Positions 1-9,904 of a stretch of DNA of 20,000 nt are shown here, piece by piece. Origin of the DNA: Candidatus Woesearchaeota archaeon (GTDB lineage: Archaea; Nanobdellota; Nanobdellia; Woesearchaeales; JABGXB01); assembly GCA_018675975.1 (NCBI GenBank), contig JABGXB010000002.1, forward strand, positions 172,098-192,097, read 5' to 3'. The notes beneath the pieces were generated by a model. That model saw only the letters and a program-made list of their open reading frames with translations, ran no database searches and had not been told where the DNA came from. Position numbers and translations under genes: made by a program. Positions within the stretch are counted from its first letter, which is position 1, and each line of letters begins with the position of its first letter.

Positions 1-47
1 CTAAATATTTTATTCATAAAGAAAATAAACAAATAGAGTTTAAAAAA

Positions 48-638
48 TTATTTACGTAAATTATCTCTTGGATTATAATTAGACCAAGGAATTCCAATAA
101 ATATATTATCACCACATTTAGAAAACTGATGATCTTCTAATTTAAAACCAGAATCTAAAACTTTTGGAATAATATTTCCCCTAAAAAAATCATTTACTGA
201 TTCAGCCCAAAGTAATTGTTCATGACCTAAACTATAAATAATATCTTCATAATATTTTAAATCTGGAATTTGTTTTAATTGTTCTCTTACTTCACGTATA
301 TCAACTCTATCTAAAACTATTCTAGAATAACTAATAACAGGCCTTCCTTTACTCAATATTTTTTTACCATCATCATCAGTCAGATCACCAAGAGTACTCC
401 TAAGCTCATAAGACATAACAAAAGAAGAAGGATCCATATTAACTCTAGAAAAATGCAAATTATTTCCAAGATGAATATTTAATCGTCTACCAGGTATTAC
501 ACCAATATCTTCACATGCTTGTAAATATTCAGCTTTTTTATCTCTATTTTCATCTGTAATACTAGTAAATATGCCAGGTGCTTGATTATGTAATTCTTTT
601 ATTTCTGGTCGCATAAAATATGCATATAAATGTGCCAT
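48..638 (-). CDS. Hypothetical protein (~196 aa)
   Basis: The ORF-track start at 824 overlaps the opposite-strand gene and reads as shadow sequence. The in-frame ATG at 638 (MAHLYAYF...) has an upstream GTGAT SD-like motif and normal globular composition. No family recognised. Confidence 0.7.
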   Translation of the reverse strand: MAHLYAYFMRPEIKELHNQAPGIFTSITDENRDKKAEYLQACEDIGVIPGRRLNIHLGNNLHFSRVNMDPSSFVMSYELRSTLGDLTDDDGKKILSKGRPVISYSRIVLDRVDIREVREQLKQIPDLKYYEDIIYSLGHEQLLWAESVNDFFRGNIIPKVLDSGFKLEDHQFSKCGDNIFIGIPWSNYNPRDNLRK

Positions 639-688
639 AATCACAAAATAAAAAAATAATTTATAAATCAGTTGGTAATAAATATCAT

Positions 689-1444
689 ATGTTAAAACAT
701 ATATTTTTAATCCTTTGTGGTGAAGATGAACATAAAAGACCAAGATCTTTAAAATTATTAAGACATATAAAAGAATTAAAATTAGATGAGAGTCAGTATA
801 AAATAATTGTAAGTGGACTTTCAAGCTTTAACCTACATCCACATATGCCAGAATATTTGTCATTATCAAGATTTTTAATTAATCATGAAATTAATCCAAA
901 TAATATTATTGTAGAAAAAGAATCATTAGATACTTTAGGAAATATGGTTTTTTCCCATGATATAATTGTTAAATTATTAAAAACAAATTTTCAAAACAAA
1001 CCAATAACAATTTCATTAATTACTGAAAATTTTCATATGTCTAGGAGTAAAGAATTATTTTTAAAAATATTTAAAGATATTAAACATGAATTTAGAGTTG
1101 ATTTTAATTATATTTCTGCAAATACTTTTGGACTCTCTAGTTATTATTTCCACAGAAAATTAAATGTTCTTTGTCAAAAATTTTTAAGAAAAAATAGACT
1201 AAAAGAAGATATAAAAGATTTATATGAAAAATCAGCATCACACTTTAAAAGAAATTTATTAGATTTTTTTTTAATGGATGTAATTTTAACTGATATTGAT
1301 TTTTATAGATTACACACGATTTACGAATTCAAAGATTATTTATTTTCATTACCTGTTTATAATACAAAATATAATCCAATTCATAGAAAAAACATAAATT
1401 TTTCATTGTATGCCAAATTAATAAATTTACATATAAAAAAATAA
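689..1444 (+). CDS. YdcF/DUF218 (ElyC/SanA-like) family protein
   Basis: Motifs IIVSG, I.VEKESLDTLGN and LITENFHMSRS are typical of DUF218. Confidence 0.8.
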   Translation: MLKHIFLILCGEDEHKRPRSLKLLRHIKELKLDESQYKIIVSGLSSFNLHPHMPEYLSLSRFLINHEINPNNIIVEKESLDTLGNMVFSHDIIVKLLKTNFQNKPITISLITENFHMSRSKELFLKIFKDIKHEFRVDFNYISANTFGLSSYYFHRKLNVLCQKFLRKNRLKEDIKDLYEKSASHFKRNLLDFFLMDVILTDIDFYRLHTIYEFKDYLFSLPVYNTKYNPIHRKNINFSLYAKLINLHIKK

Positions 1445-1451
1445 AAAAAAA

Positions 1452-1844
1452 TTATTCTTCTTTTAATGCTTGACTAAGTGCCATAAATAAAAGAGGAATG
1501 GCTGCTACAAATAAAAAGCCTGGAGGAGCTGCAGCAGGTGGTAATTGAAATGTTGTCAAAAGTTTTGGCATTGTTGCAATTATAGTAGATAATAAAAATA
1601 CAGATGCAATCCAAGCAGACCATTTTGTATATTTATTTACAAAAAATGAAATTGCTATTAAAACTTGCAAGATTCCTATAATCATAATCAATGTAGTTGA
1701 AAATACAGTCCCATAAAACATTTTATATGCATTGTTTGCAAACCAATCAGATTGAGTTAATTTTAATAAACCAAATATAAAGAAAAATATACCCAGCCCA
1801 ATTCTGATCATAAGTTGACTTGTTTTATTATCATTAAGTTTCAT
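1452..1844 (-). CDS. DoxX family membrane protein
   Basis: RIGLGIFFFIFGLLK motif, about 4 hydrophobic helices, 130 aa. Confidence 0.8.
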   Translation of the reverse strand: MKLNDNKTSQLMIRIGLGIFFFIFGLLKLTQSDWFANNAYKMFYGTVFSTTLIMIIGILQVLIAISFFVNKYTKWSAWIASVFLLSTIIATMPKLLTTFQLPPAAAPPGFLFVAAIPLLFMALSQALKEE

Positions 1845-1975
1845 ATTATAACCCCAATTTAGTTTTAATAATTATTTAAAAAATAAATTAAATAAACATT
1901 GCTTTGTATGTTCAAAATTAAATTTTAAACTAAAAACATAATTTAATAAGACAAAAAATCTATTTTTTATATAAA

Positions 1976-3310
1976 ATGACAATTAAAAAAAAATCAATCT
2001 CAAAATCAAATAAATCTAAACAAATAAAATCCAAAGAAAATTCTCTTTTTGATAGTGCTAAAATTAATTTTTTAAATGCTGCAAAATCATTAAAACTCGA
2101 ACAAGATGTTATGAATATTTTATCAAATCCAAAAGAAATTTTACAAGTTAATATTCCAATTAAATTACACGATGGAAAAATAAAAATCTTTAAAGGATTT
2201 AGAGTACATTATAATGATACCTTAGGCCCAACTAAAGGAGGAATTAGATATCATCCAAATGTAAGTTTAAATGAAGTAGAGACATTATCATTTTGGATGA
2301 CATTTAAATGTTCAGTATTAAATTTACCTTTTGGAGGAGCAAAAGGCGGAATTATTGTTAATCCAAAAGAATTAAATCCAGATGAACTTGAAAAATTATC
2401 TCGTGGTTATATTAGAGCCATATATGATTTTATTGGACCTGATGTAGATATTCCTGCGCCAGATGTTTATACTAATCCTACAATAATGGGTTGGATGAAT
2501 GATGAATATAATAAAATTGCAAGAGCACATGTTCCTTCTATGATAACAGGTAAACCAGTTCATTTAATGGGAAGTAAAGGTAGAGATGATGCGACTGCAC
2601 GTGGTGCGTATTATATAATAAAAGAATATGTAAAAAAATGGAAGAAAAAGCCAAGTGAAATTAAAGTTGCAGTTCAAGGTTTTGGTAATGCAGGATATCA
2701 CATTTCAAGACTATTACATAATGATGGATTCAAAATTGTTGCAGTTAGCGATTCCAAAGGAGGAGTATTTGTAAAAAAAGGAACTTTAGATCCAGAATCA
2801 TTATATAATTTTAAAAATAAAAATAAAACATTAAAAGCTGTTTATTGTAAAGAATCAATATGTAATATTGTAAAACATGAAAAAATAACTAATGAAGCTT
2901 TATTAAAATTAAATGTAGATATATTAATTCCAGCAGCACTTGAAAATCAAATTACTAAAAATAATGTAAATCAAATTAAAGCAAAATTAATTTGTGAAAT
3001 TGCAAATGGCCCTATTTCTCATGATGCACATGAATTTTTAATTAAAAAAAAAATCGAAGTTATACCAGATATTTTAGCAAATGCAGGTGGAGTTACAGTT
3101 AGTTATTTTGAATGGTTACAAAATAAAAGTGGAGATTATTGGGATTTAGAAAAAATTCACGAAGAATTAAAAACTAGAATCTTAAAATCATACAATGAAG
3201 TTGAATGTGCAGTTAAAAAATATAAAGTTGATATGAGGTCTGCAGCGTATATTGTAGGAGCAAGAAGACTATCTGAATCAATAGAAGCTAGAGGATCTAA
3301 TCATCTTTAG
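1976..3310 (+). CDS. gdhA: Glutamate dehydrogenase (Glu/Leu/Phe/Val dehydrogenase family)
   Basis: GPTKGGIRYHP, LPFGGAKGG, DIPAPD, ITGKP, VQGFGNAG, PDILANAGGVTVSYFEW. Confidence 0.95.
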   Translation: MTIKKKSISKSNKSKQIKSKENSLFDSAKINFLNAAKSLKLEQDVMNILSNPKEILQVNIPIKLHDGKIKIFKGFRVHYNDTLGPTKGGIRYHPNVSLNEVETLSFWMTFKCSVLNLPFGGAKGGIIVNPKELNPDELEKLSRGYIRAIYDFIGPDVDIPAPDVYTNPTIMGWMNDEYNKIARAHVPSMITGKPVHLMGSKGRDDATARGAYYIIKEYVKKWKKKPSEIKVAVQGFGNAGYHISRLLHNDGFKIVAVSDSKGGVFVKKGTLDPESLYNFKNKNKTLKAVYCKESICNIVKHEKITNEALLKLNVDILIPAALENQITKNNVNQIKAKLICEIANGPISHDAHEFLIKKKIEVIPDILANAGGVTVSYFEWLQNKSGDYWDLEKIHEELKTRILKSYNEVECAVKKYKVDMRSAAYIVGARRLSESIEARGSNHL

Positions 3311-3439
3311 ATAAATATATTTTCAACTAAACTTCAATATACAATAAATAGTTATTTTTTATCAAAAACAAAAGAATATTAATTGATCACCAAAACGTGG
3401 TTCTATTTAATTTATATATCAAAAGTCAAATAAAAAATT

Positions 3440-4213
3440 ATGAATTTAAATAATACTTTTTATGAAAGAGATTTATTAATAAAAAGAAGTCCAAATTTTG
3501 AAGAGGACCATCAATATATTGTAATGGGAGATAAAACTTATACTTCAGTTACAGAATTATGTGAAAGATTTTTTGAAGAATTTAATGCAGATCAAATTAT
3601 AGGTAAATTTTACAAAAGATGGCAATCAAATCGACATCATAAATATTATGAAATGAGTAAAACACAAATTAAAGAATTCTGGGAAAAAGAAAAAACAAAT
3701 GGTGCCAAAAGAGGAAGCATATTTCACAGTAATATTGAAGATAATTTTAAAGAAATTGAAAGTTTAGAAAAACCTGATCCAGAACTATGGCAAGGTTTCT
3801 TAAATTTTTTAGAGGATCACCCAGGAATAAAACCACAAAGATTAGAATGGGCTATTTTTGATGAAGACTTTAAAGTTGCTGGAAGTTTAGATGCTCTCAT
3901 GAGTTATAATGGAAAATTAATTTTATTAGATTGGAAACAAAATAAAAATATAACTCAACAAGGTTTTAACGGAAAAAAAGCAAAATCACCCATACAACAG
4001 TTAGATCACTGTGATTTAACTAAATACCAAATACAAATAAATATATATAGACACATATTAGAAAGCAAATATGATATCCCTATCTCCGCTCAAGATATAG
4101 TTTGGTTTAATGCCAGTCACCAAAGAGGTTATAGAAAATTTGAAACACCAAGACTTGAAACAGAAATTAAATCAGTGCTTGAATGTAATAGAATAAAAAA
4201 TTTAGAATTATAA
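3440..4213 (+). CDS. PD-(D/E)XK nuclease, RecB/Cas4-like without Fe-S cysteines
   Basis: SVT motif, GS.FH, E...VAGSLD...LLDWK, and YQIQINIY (QxxxY). Confidence 0.8.
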   Translation: MNLNNTFYERDLLIKRSPNFEEDHQYIVMGDKTYTSVTELCERFFEEFNADQIIGKFYKRWQSNRHHKYYEMSKTQIKEFWEKEKTNGAKRGSIFHSNIEDNFKEIESLEKPDPELWQGFLNFLEDHPGIKPQRLEWAIFDEDFKVAGSLDALMSYNGKLILLDWKQNKNITQQGFNGKKAKSPIQQLDHCDLTKYQIQINIYRHILESKYDIPISAQDIVWFNASHQRGYRKFETPRLETEIKSVLECNRIKNLEL

Positions 4214-4225
4214 AAAAAAAAAAAA

Positions 4226-4420
4226 TTAAATTAGTTCACCAATTTCAACTTCATCATTTTCATCAACTAAAACACTATCAATTTCTTCAATAGTTGATTC
4301 ATCAGTTAAATCCGTTTCACCTTCAGTTTCTATATTTTCTATTACATTAGATTCAGTAGAACTACATCCAGCTATAAAAAATATACCAATAATTAAAGTA
4401 ATAATTAATAATTGTTTCAT
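4226..4420 (-). CDS. Small acidic lipoprotein
   Basis: Signal peptide with lipobox IAGC, SD GAGGAGGT, and ATGA overlap with the upstream gene. Confidence 0.8.
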   Translation of the reverse strand: MKQLLIITLIIGIFFIAGCSSTESNVIENIETEGETDLTDESTIEEIDSVLVDENDEVEIGELI

Positions 4421-5508
4421 TTGTTCTTACCTCCTCGATTATTAGATTTAACATCAGAAGTTTTAGATTTACTAATTGCTCTTTTGTCATTTACATTACT
4501 TTTTACTTTTTTAGTCGGTTTTACAGATTTACTATTTCTAACTTGTTTTGATTTCAATCCACGCTTACCATCTTTATCTAATTTTTCTACTCTTCTATCT
4601 TTCCGTTCCTGTTTTCTTTCTTTTATATTTTCTTTTAATTTATTAAATTTAGATTTTACATCTAACTTTGCTTTTACTCTTTCTTTTTTAATATCACTAA
4701 AAGCTTGTCTTTTTTCTTCTTTAGTCATTTCACCCATTCTAGATTTAATTTCTTGTCTTGCTTCTTTTAAATTCAACTTACCTTCTTTTATACCTTGAAT
4801 AAGTTCTTTTTTTTCTAAACCTAATTTACCAAAAAAGTGAGATAATTTATTTGCATTATATTCATCTCTTTTTTCTTTAATTCTATCTCTAAGTTCTTTT
4901 AATTCAGATTTATCAACTTTTTCCACCATTAATTTTAATTCTTTTAAATCTTCTTTTGGAATTACTTCATGCACTGTTTTTCTAAAATTTTGAACTAACT
5001 CTCTAGCATCTTTTTTTAAATCCACAAAATTTTGAACTGAATCTTCACTACTAATATTAGCACTAACAACTTCATTTTTTATTTCACTCAATTCATTTAA
5101 TATTAATTCTAATTCTTGAGAACTTATATTTAATTCATTAACAGCATCTACAATACTTTGAGCTTTTAATATTGAAACAGATATAGATTTTTCTAATTGT
5201 AATAATCTCATTTCTCTTCCACGTAAACCATCCATAGCTCTTAATTCATTTTCTGTTTCTTCATCTACTGAATCATCTTCAGGAATTTCTTGATCAGTTT
5301 CATTATTTTCTATACTAATAGTTTCTATAGTAACATTATTCAAATCAGTTAAATTATTATCAGTACTTTCAACATCTTCTAAATTAGTTACTTCTATATT
5401 TGTATTTTCTAAACTATTATCTTCAGTAGTATTTTCTTCAGCTATAGCTGCTGGAGCAATACTAAATACTAATAATAACATCATCATCATTGTATATATT
5501 TTTTTCAT
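4417..5508 (-). CDS. Secreted protein with acidic N-terminal linker, helical/coiled-coil core and basic tail
   Basis: Signal peptide ending AIA-EE and SD GGAGG. Has an N/E/T-rich segment followed by a K/R-rich C-terminus. Confidence 0.85.
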   Translation of the reverse strand: MKKIYTMMMMLLLVFSIAPAAIAEENTTEDNSLENTNIEVTNLEDVESTDNNLTDLNNVTIETISIENNETDQEIPEDDSVDEETENELRAMDGLRGREMRLLQLEKSISVSILKAQSIVDAVNELNISSQELELILNELSEIKNEVVSANISSEDSVQNFVDLKKDARELVQNFRKTVHEVIPKEDLKELKLMVEKVDKSELKELRDRIKEKRDEYNANKLSHFFGKLGLEKKELIQGIKEGKLNLKEARQEIKSRMGEMTKEEKRQAFSDIKKERVKAKLDVKSKFNKLKENIKERKQERKDRRVEKLDKDGKRGLKSKQVRNSKSVKPTKKVKSNVNDKRAISKSKTSDVKSNNRGGKNK

Positions 5509-5547
5509 AATTTTCCTCCAGGTATTTTTTACCTATATTCTTGTAAA

Positions 5548-5600
5548 CAGGAACAACATATTAATTTTAGCCGGAATAAACCGGAACAAAGTGAAACAAA
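5548..5600 (-). promoter_or_regulatory. Tandem 10-bp direct repeats, candidate operator
   Basis: CCGGAATAAA (5571-5580), CCGGAACAAA (5581-5590), GTGAAACAAA (5591-5600) and CAGGAACAAC (5548-5557) flank an AT-rich TATA-like segment. Confidence 0.55.
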
Positions 5601-5601
5601 C

Positions 5602-6315
5602 TCACTTTTTTAATGAAATTAAGTTTGTCATACCTTTTGATTCTTTAATAATAATATTTTTTCTAATTAATGAGTCAATATTACGTGAAAGTGAAGCTTT
5701 TGGAATATTTATTACTTTTTGCAAATATGCTTGAGTTACTGAACCTTTATTTTTTATAATTAAATCAAAAATTTGTTTTTGTCTATCAGTTAAAGCATTA
5801 GTATTATATTTATTTTTTTTATTTTTTCTATATTTAATATAATAAATTAAATAAATTATTAAAATTGTTAAAGTTATTAAAAATACTAATGAATAATTAT
5901 CTTCATTAGTTTTACTATATGAATATTGTGCCAAAAATTTAAGTTCTGCACTTTGAGCAGTACTTGTAATAATTATTCTATTATCACTATTATCAATATT
6001 TAAAATATTTGGAATTTTTATATAATTGATATTTGTATTTTGTGGAAACTTTAATTCAAAAATGTATTCAGAAAATGTTTCATCAATACTAAAATTAATT
6101 ATCCAAAATTCACCTTTTTTTGAAGTATAATTTTGACTTATATGATTTTGTAATAATGGATGATTACTATTTCCAGATATTTCAACTAAACCAGTTTCAC
6201 TAATATCAAAAATAATATCTGCTTGATAGTCTATTGCTGAAACTAATGAAAATGTAAATATTAAAATAAATAAAGTAATTATATACTTTTTAATAACCAT
6301 ATATCTTAATTTCAC
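5602..6315 (-). CDS. Membrane-anchored winged-HTH transcriptional regulator (COG2512-like)
   Basis: Signal peptide, extracellular beta-rich domain, TM helix, then LTDRQKQIFDLI...VTQAYL...KASLSRNIDSLIRKNII wHTH. The start may be GTG 6315 or ATG 6300. Confidence 0.8.
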   Translation of the reverse strand: MKLRYMVIKKYIITLFILIFTFSLVSAIDYQADIIFDISETGLVEISGNSNHPLLQNHISQNYTSKKGEFWIINFSIDETFSEYIFELKFPQNTNINYIKIPNILNIDNSDNRIIITSTAQSAELKFLAQYSYSKTNEDNYSLVFLITLTILIIYLIYYIKYRKNKKNKYNTNALTDRQKQIFDLIIKNKGSVTQAYLQKVINIPKASLSRNIDSLIRKNIIIKESKGMTNLISLKK

Positions 6316-6425
6316 ATAGTTCTTATTAAATCTTTCGACAAATATGTCAAAAACAATAGTAGATCCACAAAAATATACATTTTATAATAATAAGAATTTA
6401 TATAATCAAATAAAAAATAAAATAT

Positions 6426-6812
6426 ATGAAAAATGAACCAAAAGTATTTGAAATTTCAGATTATTTAAAAAATTATAATAGATTAGATTATTTAAATAAA
6501 TTTTATGCTTTATTAAAAGAAAAAGTTCTAACAGAAGACCCAGTTCAAAAAACTGAGGAAGGTCTTGTGCAAATTATTGAAACAAGGAGATTTCATAGTT
6601 ATGGCATGGAATTATATAATTTAAATAATTCAATTTTAGTATTAGAATATTCTGGAATGTGGACAGGTTATGCTCATGAAAACAAATTTCCCCCAGAATT
6701 AAAAGATGCAAATATATCTGGATTACGTTTAACTATACATAATTCTAATGAAGAATTAGAAAAACAAATTAAAGAAACAATTAAATATTTTTCTAAAAAT
6801 TATAAAAAGTAA
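6426..6812 (+). CDS. Hypothetical protein
   Basis: 128-aa ORF with typical codon usage and TTTATATA about 30 nt upstream. Lies just upstream of rtcB. Confidence 0.75.
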   Translation: MKNEPKVFEISDYLKNYNRLDYLNKFYALLKEKVLTEDPVQKTEEGLVQIIETRRFHSYGMELYNLNNSILVLEYSGMWTGYAHENKFPPELKDANISGLRLTIHNSNEELEKQIKETIKYFSKNYKK

Positions 6813-6862
6813 ATTCTAAATCTAAAAGATAGGTATATAAGAATAACTAATTATCTCAAATT

Positions 6863-8011
6863 ATGAAAATAATTAAAAATTTTGCTATAAATTTAGATAG
6901 TAAAACACGAGAACAATTTGATAATTGTTGTGAGGAAACTTTTGTACATAAAGCATCCTTAATGCCAGATGCACATTATGGTTATGTGGCACCAATTGGT
7001 TCAGTTTTAATTACAATTGATCATATCGTCCCATCATGGGTTGGTTATGATATTGGTTGTGGTATGATTGCATGTAAATTTGTTAAAGAAAATATTGTAA
7101 ATGAAATTAATTTAAATTCTAAAATCATTTTTGATAAAGTAAATGTTCAAATTCCTATGGGTAAGGGAAAAGTTCGATCAAATAAAAGTGTATCAAGAAA
7201 AACTCAAGATGAATTTGATAAAATATTAAAACAATTTAAAAATGGCCCATATGCAAAAGATGTATTAAATATGATTGAATCAAAATCATTATTACATTTA
7301 GGTACATTAGGTTCCGGGAATCATTTTATTGAATTAGGTTTTGATTCAAATAATAAAAATGTATTGTGGCTTATTATTCATAGTGGTTCTAGAGGTGTGG
7401 GACATACTGTTGCAACACATTATATGAAAAAAGCTGCAGATAAAAATAAAGAATTCGAAAAAACTTTTTCATTAGAAACTAATTCATTAAAAGGAAAAGA
7501 ATATTTAAATGTATTAAATTTTGGATTAGAATTTGCATTATTAAATAGATTAGAAATGGCATACAAAGTAAGAAATGTTTTAAGAAATGTATTAGAAGAT
7601 GAAAAATTAGATTTTGAATTATGGGTAAATAAAAATCACAATCACATTGCTTTTGAAAATGGAGAATATATTCATAGAAAAGGAGCTACTCCCGCTAAAC
7701 TAAAAGAGAGAGGAGTTATTCCAGCTAATATGAGAGATGGCTCATTTTTAGTTGAAGGACTTGGTAATGAAGAATTTTTAAATTCCTCTTCACATGGTGC
7801 AGGTCGAAGATTAAGTAGAAGTCAAGCTAAAACAGAAATTTCAATGAAAGATTTTGAAAAATCAATGAAAGGTATTGTAGGAAAGATTGATCATACAACA
7901 TTAGATGAAGCTCCAGAAGCATATAAAAATATTTATGATGTAATGGAAGCACAAAAAGAAAGTGTGAAAGCAATTGCTCAGATTAAACCAATAATTAATT
8001 GGAAAGGATAA
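6863..8011 (+). CDS. rtcB: RtcB family RNA ligase (compact, 382 aa)
   Basis: MPDAH, GYDIGCG, GTLGSGNHFIE, IHSGSRG, NHN, HRKGAT, SHGAGR, DEAPEAYK. Confidence 0.95.
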   Translation: MKIIKNFAINLDSKTREQFDNCCEETFVHKASLMPDAHYGYVAPIGSVLITIDHIVPSWVGYDIGCGMIACKFVKENIVNEINLNSKIIFDKVNVQIPMGKGKVRSNKSVSRKTQDEFDKILKQFKNGPYAKDVLNMIESKSLLHLGTLGSGNHFIELGFDSNNKNVLWLIIHSGSRGVGHTVATHYMKKAADKNKEFEKTFSLETNSLKGKEYLNVLNFGLEFALLNRLEMAYKVRNVLRNVLEDEKLDFELWVNKNHNHIAFENGEYIHRKGATPAKLKERGVIPANMRDGSFLVEGLGNEEFLNSSSHGAGRRLSRSQAKTEISMKDFEKSMKGIVGKIDHTTLDEAPEAYKNIYDVMEAQKESVKAIAQIKPIINWKG

Positions 8012-8028
8012 GTATTCTAAAAATATAA

Positions 8029-8592
8029 TTAAGTGTTACTAATACTTAATTTCTTAACAATTTGATCAATAATTTCATTTTTAGATTTATTTTCTACATA
8101 AATTAAAATATTTGAAACATCTATTAAATGGGGTTTTGTTTTAAAATAATCTATTTTTGTTTTTTCTAATAAATCATTTTGATTTAAATCTTTAAAATGT
8201 TCTCGATTTTTTTCTCTTTCAAAAAGGAATTCAATACTCATATTATCATTTTGATATGGTAATAAACCAATTACAAAACTTTTTTGAGGTAAAATTGATC
8301 TAATGATTTGAGAATATTTTTGTCCAAGTTCTGTTTTAGAGCTGATTGAACCACCAGGCACATCTAAAACCGCATTTTCTTTTTCTAATAAATCTTCAAT
8401 TAATTTAGTTCCTAAACTATAAATTAATTCTTTTTTATTATTTTTAATACAATAATCTAACCCACCTTCTTCTTTTAATACGTGATCCATTAATTTATCA
8501 CATTCATAAGATTGAAAATTTAGTTTCTTAGCTAATAATTTTGAAATTGTAGTTTTACCAACAGATCTTGAGCCAATAATTGTATAAATCAT
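8029..8592 (-). CDS. Shikimate kinase-like P-loop kinase
   Basis: N-terminal GSRSVGKTT.S..LA..L, ECD (DxD-like) and PGG motif. Substrate uncertain. Confidence 0.7.
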   Translation of the reverse strand: MIYTIIGSRSVGKTTISKLLAKKLNFQSYECDKLMDHVLKEEGGLDYCIKNNKKELIYSLGTKLIEDLLEKENAVLDVPGGSISSKTELGQKYSQIIRSILPQKSFVIGLLPYQNDNMSIEFLFEREKNREHFKDLNQNDLLEKTKIDYFKTKPHLIDVSNILIYVENKSKNEIIDQIVKKLSISNT

Positions 8593-8948
8593 TTTTTATT
8601 ATTTAATCCAATAACAATAGTTGCAATTAAAATACCAAAATCCCTTACTGCAGAATCTACATATCCAATACTAATAATGACAAAAAACAAATGTAAACTC
8701 GCTAATATTGCAAAAATTCTAAGTTTATATCCTAAAAGAAAACTAATTGAAACTATTAAATTAAATATACCAGTTAGAATAATCAATGAATTTGAAATTC
8801 CATTTAATAAAACCCAATTTGGTAAATAACCAATAAAACTCTCACTATTGAAAATTTGATTTAATCCAAAATATAAAAAAACTAAACCAATTCCAATTCT
8901 TAAAATTGAATTGGAATATTTAGAATATTTATTAAAAAACTTATTCAA
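8589..8948 (-). CDS. DoxX family membrane protein
   Basis: LRIGIGLVFLYFG motif, C-terminal VRDFG and 4 TM helices. Confidence 0.85.
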   Translation of the reverse strand: MNKFFNKYSKYSNSILRIGIGLVFLYFGLNQIFNSESFIGYLPNWVLLNGISNSLIILTGIFNLIVSISFLLGYKLRIFAILASLHLFFVIISIGYVDSAVRDFGILIATIVIGLNNKK

Positions 8949-9333
8949 TTTTTAAAAATCCTTTCATATCTCTATGACCATGTCCACAAGGCACATTACA
9001 AAAGTATTTATAATTTCCAGATTTTTTTGCTACAAATTCAATTACTTGTTGTCCGCCCTCCTCAATACGACCTGTTGCAATACCTAATTCTGGAATTGCT
9101 AAACCATGATTACCTTGTTTACCATTAACAATTAATCTTACACTATCTCCTTTATTAATTGTAACATCACTAGCTTCAAACTTCCAATTAGATGCATCCA
9201 TAGTTAATTCTTTTGCATTTTCTAAATCAAATTCTAAATTTTTATTATTACTCTCAACTTGAATAGTTTCACTTGAGCATCCAATTAATAACAAACTCAA
9301 AGACATAATTAAAAACATAATATATTTTTTCAC
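8941..9333 (-). CDS. Cupredoxin-domain lipoprotein with CuA-type motif
   Basis: Lipobox LIGC, HG...CNVPCGHGHRDM (H...Cx3Cx3Hx2M), and GTG start with GGTGAT SD. Confidence 0.85.
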   Translation of the reverse strand: MKKYIMFLIMSLSLLLIGCSSETIQVESNNKNLEFDLENAKELTMDASNWKFEASDVTINKGDSVRLIVNGKQGNHGLAIPELGIATGRIEEGGQQVIEFVAKKSGNYKYFCNVPCGHGHRDMKGFLKIE

Positions 9334-9388
9334 ATTATCACCAATATTGAAATAATTATAATTGTTTAAAAAGATTGTTAAATTAAAA

Positions 9389-9904
9389 TCAGATTTTATT
9401 TATTTCTTTTTCTAAATTATAATTTAATTTATTATATGGCAACTTAGATAATAATAATCCCATAGTACAACTATTTGTAATAGCTGAAAACGTTAAACCA
9501 GCCCCAAAAAATATTGGAATAATAATAAACCATTTATTTAAAAAAGTCAATAGGGAACCAATTAAAACAAAAGAACCTGCAACAAATCTAACTTGTCTTT
9601 GAATATCCCATTTTTGTGTACCTACAATTGTCTTATATTCTTTTTTCCAATTTTCAATTCCACCTTGTAAAATATTAATATCTTTTTTAGATAATTTTTG
9701 ACAAGCCATATTTGATCTCATTCCAGATTTACAAATAATAACTACATTTTTATTTTCAATTACTGAATTAATTTTTTCAATATATTCTAAGGGAATATTA
9801 ATTGAATTTGATATATGTTCCGATTCAAATTCTGCAGGAGATCTAACATCGATTAAAATAAATTCAGATTTATTTGCAATATCATTTGGTTTTAATAAAT
9901 TCAT
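9389..9904 (-). CDS. Rhodanese domain + DUF2892 membrane protein (YgaP-like)
   Basis: IDVRSPAEF..EHI, active-site loop CKSGMRS, LQGGI..W, and C-terminal QRQVR...GAGL.FSA.T..C.M..LL.KLPYN. Confidence 0.9.
   Translation of the reverse strand: MNLLKPNDIANKSEFILIDVRSPAEFESEHISNSINIPLEYIEKINSVIENKNVVIICKSGMRSNMACQKLSKKDINILQGGIENWKKEYKTIVGTQKWDIQRQVRFVAGSFVLIGSLLTFLNKWFIIIPIFFGAGLTFSAITNSCTMGLLLSKLPYNKLNYNLEKEINKI

Noticed and set aside
639..824. N-terminal extension of ORF 48..824
   Set aside because: It is antisense to the DUF218 gene, and a better start with an SD exists at 638.
4412..4798. 128-aa plus-strand ORF
   Set aside because: F/L/S-rich antisense shadow of the K/E-rich gene 4417..5508.
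5548..5600. Possible CRISPR array near the Cas4-like nuclease
   Set aside because: The repeats are only 10 bp and mostly contiguous, with no spacers. I saw no array anywhere in the window.
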